A DNA stretch of 64,000 nucleotides from an uncultured Planctomycetales bacterium (GTDB taxonomy: Bacteria > Omnitrophota > Gorgyraeia > Gygaellales > Profunditerraquicolaceae), in contig CAZAPM010000004.1 of assembly GCA_964487475.1 (NCBI GenBank), positions 37,755 through 101,754 of the forward strand, read 5' to 3'. Both the position numbers and the translations under genes were made by a program. Below the pieces are notes generated by a model. That model was given only the letters and a program-made list of their open reading frames with translations. It did not search any database and was not told the DNA's origin. Position 1 is the first letter of the stretch. Every line of letters starts with the position of its first letter. Shown here piece after piece: positions 58,111 to 64,000 of this stretch.

Positions 58111-59170
58111 GCATGCTCCTTACGAATTGACTGCCGGGTAGCGCGACGACTAACCTCTGCAGTTGAAGGCGCACCAAGCTCGCGTACAGCTCGGGCACCG
58201 GTGTTCCCGTTTTCTCGAACAGCTCGTCGACGGTAATGGGGGAATCCGTGCAATATCCCAAAATCCCTTCCGCAGGCGCCGGCACCGCGCGCGCGTGTGC
58301 CTCGGGCAACTGCAGCGCCTCCAGGACCTCCTGCGCGCATGTCACCAGCGTTGCCCCCTGCTTTAAGAGCTCGTTGCTCCCTGCGGCGCACTCCAAGCCG
58401 ACCTGGCCGGGAAGCGCGAAGACCTCGCGGCCCTGCTCCAGGGCGAAATCCGCGGTGATCAAAGCCCCGCTGGTGCGTCCCGCCTCCACGACCAGCACCC
58501 CTTTGGACAAACCGCTGATCACCCGGTTGCGGCGGGGAAAATGCTGCTTGAGCGGCGGCGCGCCGAACGGGAACTCCGAGACCAGCGCACCGTGCTCCGC
58601 GATCTCCCCGGAAAGCCCCAGGTTCTCGCGCGGATAGATCCTGTCCAGGCCGCAGCCCAAGACCGCCACGGTCGTACCGCGCGCCTCCAGCGCTCCCCGG
58701 TGCGCCCAGGTATCCACCCCGCGGGCGAGCCCCGAGACCACTGCCACCCCGGAAGCGGCCAGCTCGCGGGAAAAATCCCGCGCACTGCGTATGCCGTACC
58801 AGGAAGCGTGCCGCGACCCCACCACCGCCACGGCAAGATCTGACAATGCCGCGACGTTGCCCCGGACATAAAGCACCAGCGGCCATCCGGGGATATCCCT
58901 CAGCTGCGGGGGATACCCCGGGTCATCGCAGGTGAGCACCGCGATCCCGAGTTCCTGCGCGCGCGCAAGCTCCCGCTGCACCAGATCCGCGTCAAACCCG
59001 CGGATGCGCTGCGCGATCCCGGCGCCGATCCCCGATACCCCTTCCAGCGCCGGCGAAGAAGCGCGAAACACCTCTTCCAGGGACCCGAACGCCTGACGCA
59101 GGGATTCCATGCGCCGGCTCCCGATCTCCGGTATCATATTAAGCGCGATCAGGCTTTCCCGCCTGTTCAT
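58103..59170 (-). CDS. dprA: DNA processing protein DprA (Smf)
   Basis: 355 aa; Rossmann-like GSRHASWYG...SGLARGVD... Confidence 0.85.
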   Translation of the reverse strand: MNRRESLIALNMIPEIGSRRMESLRQAFGSLEEVFRASSPALEGVSGIGAGIAQRIRGFDADLVQRELARAQELGIAVLTCDDPGYPPQLRDIPGWPLVLYVRGNVAALSDLAVAVVGSRHASWYGIRSARDFSRELAASGVAVVSGLARGVDTWAHRGALEARGTTVAVLGCGLDRIYPRENLGLSGEIAEHGALVSEFPFGAPPLKQHFPRRNRVISGLSKGVLVVEAGRTSGALITADFALEQGREVFALPGQVGLECAAGSNELLKQGATLVTCAQEVLEALQLPEAHARAVPAPAEGILGYCTDSPITVDELFEKTGTPVPELYASLVRLQLQRLVVALPGSQFVRSMHE

Positions 59171-59664
59171 CGCACCAGTTTTTCCGCTGCCGCCACTGCC
59201 TCTTCGACCGTCAGCGACGAAGTATCTATGACGTTACCCGCGCAGGCATACAAGGGCGCGCGCGCGTTAAGCAGCGACTCGATCCTTTCCCTGGGGTTTT
59301 CCACGTTGAGCAGGGGCCGGTGCTTCATGCCGCGGGTACGCGCCAGTATCGTCTCGGGATCAGCGCAAAGGCAGATCACCGTTCCGGAATCCTTCATGAT
59401 CCGCAGGTTCTCCTCCCGGGTGACGATCCCTCCCCCGCAGGCGACCACCATGTTCTTTTCCCGGGAGACTTGCGTAAGCGCCGCGGTCTCGGCGTGACGG
59501 AAGTACGGCTCCCCCTCCTGCGCAAAGATCTCCGTGATCGGCCGGCGCTCTTTAAGCTCGATGAGCTCGTCCAAGTCCGCGAACACGCGCCCCAGCCGGG
59601 AGGCCAACGCCCTGCCTACGGTGGATTTACCGGTACCCATGAAGCCAATTAAGTAGATGTTCAT
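59167..59664 (-). CDS. aroK: Shikimate kinase
   Basis: 165 aa; IYLIGFMGTGKSTVGRALA. Confidence 0.9.
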   Translation of the reverse strand: MNIYLIGFMGTGKSTVGRALASRLGRVFADLDELIELKERRPITEIFAQEGEPYFRHAETAALTQVSREKNMVVACGGGIVTREENLRIMKDSGTVICLCADPETILARTRGMKHRPLLNVENPRERIESLLNARAPLYACAGNVIDTSSLTVEEAVAAAEKLVR

Positions 59665-59807
59665 AGTGCAACCATCCTCGGGACGGTTCTGAGCTGCCGC
59701 ACTATTTCTCGCTTAAGGTCGCCCCGCTCGAGTATTTAGAGAATGGGGCTCCATGCGCTCGAAACAGTGCGGCAGCTCAAAACTGTCCCTGTCTTTGAAC
59801 TGTCGAA

Positions 59808-60065
59808 CTAGCTTTGGTACGCGGTCAGGACCGCATCCGTCAGACGCTGCCGCGCTTCCTTGGTCGCGGGAAACACCAGACTGTACCATTTCCCGTCCTT
59901 GGCCTTTTCCTGCGGCATGGAAAGGAACAACCCGTTCTTTCCGCCGACCACGCGCAAGCCTTTGACGATGAAATCCCCAAGGGCTATATCCACGAACGCC
60001 TTGGTCTTCGAATCGCCCTCAAAGCGGTGCACCCGCACCACCTTGACATCGGTCTCATGTTCCAT
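59808..60065 (-). CDS. spoVG: Septation protein SpoVG
   Basis: Start taken at MEHETDVKVVRVHRFEG; conserved GLFLSMPQEKAKDGKWYSLVFP. Confidence 0.8.
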   Translation of the reverse strand: MEHETDVKVVRVHRFEGDSKTKAFVDIALGDFIVKGLRVVGGKNGLFLSMPQEKAKDGKWYSLVFPATKEARQRLTDAVLTAYQS

Positions 60066-60118
60066 GAGCACCACCCCCTTTCCCCACTTCAGACGCGGGG
60101 AAGGGCGCGTTCTCACAT

Positions 60119-61159
60119 TTATTTTATGCGCTGGAGATACCGCCGGTACGCCTGCTTGATATCGGAAAGATTATCCTGGCCGAACTTTTCCAGGAGTGCC
60201 TGCGCCAGCACGAACGCCAGCGCCGATTCCGCCACCACTCCCGCCGCTTCCACCACACAGGTATCGGAGCGCTCGGTGTTGGCCTTGGCAGACCTTCCCG
60301 TCTCGATGTTCACCGAATCCAACGGGGCCATAAGGGTCGCGATGGGCTTCATGCATCCGCGCACCGTGATCGTCTCCCCGTTCGAGATGCCGCCTTCGAT
60401 GCCTCCCGCGTTGTTGCTGCGGCGGCGGTACCCTTTCCCCTTCACATGGACGATCGGATCATGCACCTGGGAGCCGAACGCACATCCGAACCCGAACCCC
60501 AGCCCTATCTCGACGCCCTTGATCCCGGGGATGGACATGACCGAGGAAGCGATCAGGGAATCCAGGCGGCGGTCCGGCTGCACATAACTGCCCAGGCCTG
60601 CGGGGACCCCGCGCGCCTCGAGAGAGAATATCCCTCCCACGGTATCCCTGGTTTCGATCGCCTGCCTGATCTTCGCGTTCATCCGGGCCGGGGTGATCTC
60701 CCCGCCTACGGAAAGCACCCGGCTGACGATCTCGATCCCGAACTCCTTAAGCAGCAGCCGGCACACCGCGCCCAGCGCCACCGTCGCAACGGTACTGCGC
60801 GCGGATGCCCGCTCCAGCACCTCCCGGATATCGGTAAACCCGTACTTCAGCAGCCCGGAAAGATCGGCATGGCCGGGCCGGGGACAAAGCACCCGGTGCA
60901 GCACATCGATCTTATGGTCCTTATTCTGCACCATCAGAGTGACGGGGCTGCCTAAGGTGATCTTCCCCTTCAAGCCGGAAAGCACCTGGCAGCGGTCATT
61001 CTCGATCTGCATCCTCTTGCCGCGGCCGAAACCCTTCTTGCGCCGCTGCAGCTGGGCGTTGATGAACGACTCCTCGACCTTCAGCCCTGCCGGCATGCCT
61101 TCAAGGATAGAGATCACCGCCCTGCCGTGTGACTCCCCCGCAGTAAGATATCGAAGCAT
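60119..61159 (-). CDS. aroC: Chorismate synthase
   Basis: Start taken at MLRYLTAGESHG; AGGAGG RBS upstream. Confidence 0.9.
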   Translation of the reverse strand: MLRYLTAGESHGRAVISILEGMPAGLKVEESFINAQLQRRKKGFGRGKRMQIENDRCQVLSGLKGKITLGSPVTLMVQNKDHKIDVLHRVLCPRPGHADLSGLLKYGFTDIREVLERASARSTVATVALGAVCRLLLKEFGIEIVSRVLSVGGEITPARMNAKIRQAIETRDTVGGIFSLEARGVPAGLGSYVQPDRRLDSLIASSVMSIPGIKGVEIGLGFGFGCAFGSQVHDPIVHVKGKGYRRRSNNAGGIEGGISNGETITVRGCMKPIATLMAPLDSVNIETGRSAKANTERSDTCVVEAAGVVAESALAFVLAQALLEKFGQDNLSDIKQAYRRYLQRIK

Positions 61160-61229
61160 ATAAACCTCCTTGTGCAGAAAGCACAACACCCGGCATTCAT
61201 TTTAGCCGGGGTGTAAGCAGAAAGCTCAA

Positions 61230-61255
61230 CCCTGGCCTATCCGATAAGGCCAGGG
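61230..61255 (-). terminator. Putative intrinsic terminator hairpin downstream of thermonuclease gene
   Basis: CCCTGGCC-tatccgataa-GGCCAGGG, followed on minus strand by UUGAGCUUUCUGC; a second hairpin (61187-61213) follows. Confidence 0.45.
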
Positions 61256-61270
61256 GCTAAAACCAAAGTG

Positions 61271-61837
61271 CTATTTCCAAAGCCCGCGGCGATTCTCCCG
61301 GGCCTCGGCATAATACTGCTTGAACAGGTCCGCATACCGGACATTAGGCGGGATGGTCAACAGATTAGCGTATCCCTGCCGGACGATCTCGGCGTTGACG
61401 AAGGTGCCGTCCTCCAAATACACGTACGCGAGCAGCCGCTTGTACTTATCCTGGCGCTCGACGTCATACTCCAGCCGTACCGGCTTACCCTCCACCATGG
61501 TACGGGTGAATTCGAAAGACTGCCGGCCAAGCGCCTTGATGGTCTGGATATCCTGCCTGGTCCTCTCGCTGTCCCGGCGCAGCTTGGCGGACTCGTGTAT
61601 CTCGGGAGTATCGATCCCGATCAGCCTCACCCTTCTTCCGTCCGCCAGGTGCAGCGTATCCCCGTCGACAACCCGCGCGACCACGGTTGACTCCGGCGTG
61701 CCGTGAAAAGTGACCGACACGCTTTCGGCGTTTCCCGAACGCGCGGGACGCAACGCTTCTGCAGCCAGCCCGATGAGCGCGGCCAGGAATGCGGCGATGA
61801 TAGTAGGAACAGTCACTCTGCGGATACGTCTTGCCAT
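61271..61837 (-). CDS. Secreted thermonuclease (SNase/micrococcal nuclease family)
   Basis: 188 aa; signal/TM then VVDGDTL...RLIGIDTPE... Confidence 0.75.
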   Translation of the reverse strand: MARRIRRVTVPTIIAAFLAALIGLAAEALRPARSGNAESVSVTFHGTPESTVVARVVDGDTLHLADGRRVRLIGIDTPEIHESAKLRRDSERTRQDIQTIKALGRQSFEFTRTMVEGKPVRLEYDVERQDKYKRLLAYVYLEDGTFVNAEIVRQGYANLLTIPPNVRYADLFKQYYAEARENRRGLWK

Positions 61838-61848
61838 TTTTCCCTCTC

Positions 61849-62400
61849 CTATAAAGATGCCGCGACGATCTGCCCCAGCACCGCTACATCCTCCGGACAG
61901 AAAATTTCTTTGATACTGGCGTCGAAAAGCATGTTTGCGTCAGGCCCGAACTCTTCGTCCCCCTTCCAAAGGGTCACCAGCACCGGCACTCCTGCAAAAG
62001 CCTCCACCACCAGCGCCGCATCAGCCATCGGATAAGGCTTAAGATACGGCCTGCCGGCAACTCTTGCCAGAAGCGCTTGAGGATCACTGCCGTATTTCCG
62101 GATCACCGGAGCGATGCACCGGCTGCGGAACGCCTCCGTATATCCTTCAACCTGAGAGACTTCCCTGAAATCGACCCAATTATTCCGTACCGGAGCCAGG
62201 CCTTTTTGCGCGGCGGCGGCGTAATGAAGGATCAGGATCGCGTAAAAATCCTTTGCCGGCACATTGCAGGATAAAGAATACACCTGGCGCTGCGCAAGAT
62301 CGAGCGTATAGGTATCCCCGATAAATTGCAGGGAAAATCGCTCAAGTGCTCCTGCCTCAAGAGATTCCCACGCTTTCAGAATCGCTGCTTCATATCCCAT
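61849..62400 (-). CDS. Hypothetical protein, possibly DUF3786 family
   Basis: 183 aa; MGYEAAILKAWESLE...YTLDLAQRQVYSLSCNVPAKDFYAILILHY resembles DUF3786 N-terminal pattern (from memory; unverified). Confidence 0.4.
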   Translation of the reverse strand: MGYEAAILKAWESLEAGALERFSLQFIGDTYTLDLAQRQVYSLSCNVPAKDFYAILILHYAAAAQKGLAPVRNNWVDFREVSQVEGYTEAFRSRCIAPVIRKYGSDPQALLARVAGRPYLKPYPMADAALVVEAFAGVPVLVTLWKGDEEFGPDANMLFDASIKEIFCPEDVAVLGQIVAASL

Positions 62401-62478
62401 ATAGGTAAGATGCGTAATTACGTATAATTGTAACCTTTTTTGTTAGCTAAATCAACAAAATTAGCTTATAATGTGCCC

Positions 62479-64000
62479 ATGAATTACGACAGGTTCCAGC
62501 AGGAGGCGATCGACCATATCAACCAGGGTTTCTCCGTGATCGTCTCCGCGCCTACGGGAGCGGGAAAGACCGCGATCGCCGAACACGTGATCACCACCTG
62601 CCTGCAGGAGAAGGTCGGGGTAGTCTACACCGCGCCCATCAAGGCGCTTTCCAACCAGAAATTCCGGGATTTCCAGGCCACCTACGCGGACCACATCGGG
62701 ATACTGACCGGCGACGTTTCCATCAACCCCGATGCCCCGGTCCTGATCATGACCACCGAGATATTCCGCAACAAGATACTGGATGAGCCGGAAAGCCTCA
62801 ATAAGTACTCCTGGATCATCTACGACGAAGTGCATTACATAGACAATTACGAACGGGGCACGGTCTGGGAGGAATCCCTGGTCTTTCTGCCCCGCCACAT
62901 GAAACTGCTGGCGCTTTCCGCCACCATCCCCAATATCGACGAGCTGGCCGCCTGGATCGAATCCATCCATGCCAAACCCATCAAGACGGTCGTGGAAAAA
63001 GAGCGGCCGGTACCTTTGCACTTCCTCTTCCAGTGCAACAACGAGATCATCCCCTCATGGCAGCAGCTTAAAAAGACCCGCGGGACCAAACCCAACCGGA
63101 TCAGCAGCCTGATCCATTACATCCGGGAACAGGAAGGGCTTCCCTGCATTTATTTCGTATTCGGCAGGCGCCGGGCGGAAGACCTGGCCTTCGAACTGCA
63201 GAACTATAATTTCCTCAACCACCAGGAACAGAAACAGATCTGCCTGCTCTACGACGACCTGGTGCGGAAATTCGGGCTGGAAAGGGAGCGCTCCGCAATA
63301 GAGATGTATCCCCTTGTCAGGCATGGCATAGCCTTTCACCACGCCGGGATGCTTCCCACGCTGAAAGAAGTGATCGAACGGCTCTTTACCAGCAGGCTCC
63401 TGAAGGTGATCTTCACTACCGAGACCTTTGCCTTAGGCATCAACATGCCCAGCCGTTCGGTCGTGTTCGACGAACTGCGCAAATATTACGGGAAGTTCGT
63501 GCGCAGCCTCAAGACCAGGGACTTCTACCAGATGGCAGGCCGGGCCGGCAGGCGGGGTATCGACAAAGAAGGGTTCGTCTACTCCCGCATCAACCTCCTG
63601 CGCATCCGTTTCGACGAGGTCAAAGAGGTGATCTACGGGCCACCGGAGGAGGTGCGCAGCCAGCTCAACACCTCCTACGCCACCGTGCTCAACCTTTACG
63701 AGATCTACAAGGACAAGATCTTCGACATCTATCCCCGCTCACTGCATTTCTTCCAGTCCCGCAAGAACCAACAGCGGGAGGCCCTGCGCCTGCTGGATGC
63801 CAAGGTGCGGCTGCTTAAGGATTGGGGATACATCCAAGGGGAGGCGCTCACGAACAAAGGCCAGTTCGCCAAGACCGTATACGGCAACGAGCTGCTGCTC
63901 TCCGAACTCTATCAGGACAATATCCTGGAGCAACTCGACGAATTCGGCTTAGGCATCGTCTCCTGCGCCGCCGTCTTCGAGCCGCGCAAGAACCAGATGA
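62479..64000 (+). CDS. Ski2-like DEAD/DEAH-box helicase (partial, continues beyond window)
   Basis: Not in ORF track (no stop in window); Walker A APTGAGKT, DEVHY box, HHAGM, QMAGRAGRRG helicase C motifs; TATAAT 6 nt upstream of ATG suggests leaderless mRNA. Confidence 0.75.
   Translation, partial: MNYDRFQQEAIDHINQGFSVIVSAPTGAGKTAIAEHVITTCLQEKVGVVYTAPIKALSNQKFRDFQATYADHIGILTGDVSINPDAPVLIMTTEIFRNKILDEPESLNKYSWIIYDEVHYIDNYERGTVWEESLVFLPRHMKLLALSATIPNIDELAAWIESIHAKPIKTVVEKERPVPLHFLFQCNNEIIPSWQQLKKTRGTKPNRISSLIHYIREQEGLPCIYFVFGRRRAEDLAFELQNYNFLNHQEQKQICLLYDDLVRKFGLERERSAIEMYPLVRHGIAFHHAGMLPTLKEVIERLFTSRLLKVIFTTETFALGINMPSRSVVFDELRKYYGKFVRSLKTRDFYQMAGRAGRRGIDKEGFVYSRINLLRIRFDEVKEVIYGPPEEVRSQLNTSYATVLNLYEIYKDKIFDIYPRSLHFFQSRKNQQREALRLLDAKVRLLKDWGYIQGEALTNKGQFAKTVYGNELLLSELYQDNILEQLDEFGLGIVSCAAVFEPRKNQM

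Noticed and set aside
1-64000. CRISPR arrays, tRNA/rRNA genes, IS elements and prophage genes.
   Set aside because: The window has no tandem direct repeats with spacers and no tRNA cloverleaf-like intergenic segment, since intergenic space is almost nil. It has no transposase or phage structural ORFs. xerC is the chromosomal dimer-resolution recombinase in a conserved topA-dprA context, not a mobile-element integrase.

Overview
This 64-kb window comes from a high-GC bacterial chromosome, probably Gram-negative given the lipid A/Kdo genes. It carries about 60 genes, all but three on the minus strand, usually with 4-bp ATGA/GTGA start/stop overlaps. Left to right:

- **1–7.4 kb, housekeeping:** pgsA, rimO, rodZ, ftsK, pnp, rpsO.
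- **7.4–7.9 kb:** an unusual 385-bp AT-rich non-coding island between canonical divergent sigma-70 promoters, followed by an XRE-cupin regulator.
- **8.4–10.9 kb:** a compact operon with its own promoter, encoding a secreted helical protein, a stand-alone receiver, a mini-MazG, a 38-aa membrane peptide, a non-lipidated CsgG-like channel and a second stand-alone receiver. This is the best candidate for an undescribed secretion or signalling system.
- **11–17 kb:** addB/addA. addB carries a 55-nt near-perfect palindrome inserted in-frame.
- **17–38 kb, housekeeping:** rpmB, recJ, argS, rsfS, a tiny autonomous zinc-ribbon gene, a CBS transporter, an M16 peptidase, trpGDCFBA (no trpE), murA, prmC, prfA, rpmE, rho, coaE, glgA, polA.
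- **38.7–55.2 kb, lipid A/Kdo/inner-core LPS locus:** YgjP-like hydrolase, a B12-binding radical SAM enzyme, a GT9-GT9 tandem fusion, GT9, a polysaccharide deacetylase, GT4, a GT4-GT9 fusion, an LpxL-ELM1-like fusion, lpxK, an SGNH-like membrane protein, a TrpB2 paralogue, a TPR protein and waaA.
- **55–64 kb:** xerC, topA, dprA, aroK, spoVG, aroC, a thermonuclease, a DUF3786-like protein and the 5' part of a leaderless Ski2-like helicase gene.

I found no rRNA, tRNA, CRISPR array or obvious mobile element. Many long antisense ORFs are high-GC artefacts. All homology calls are from reading the translated sequences by eye, with no database searches run. Coordinates I derived by hand may be off by 1–3 nt.
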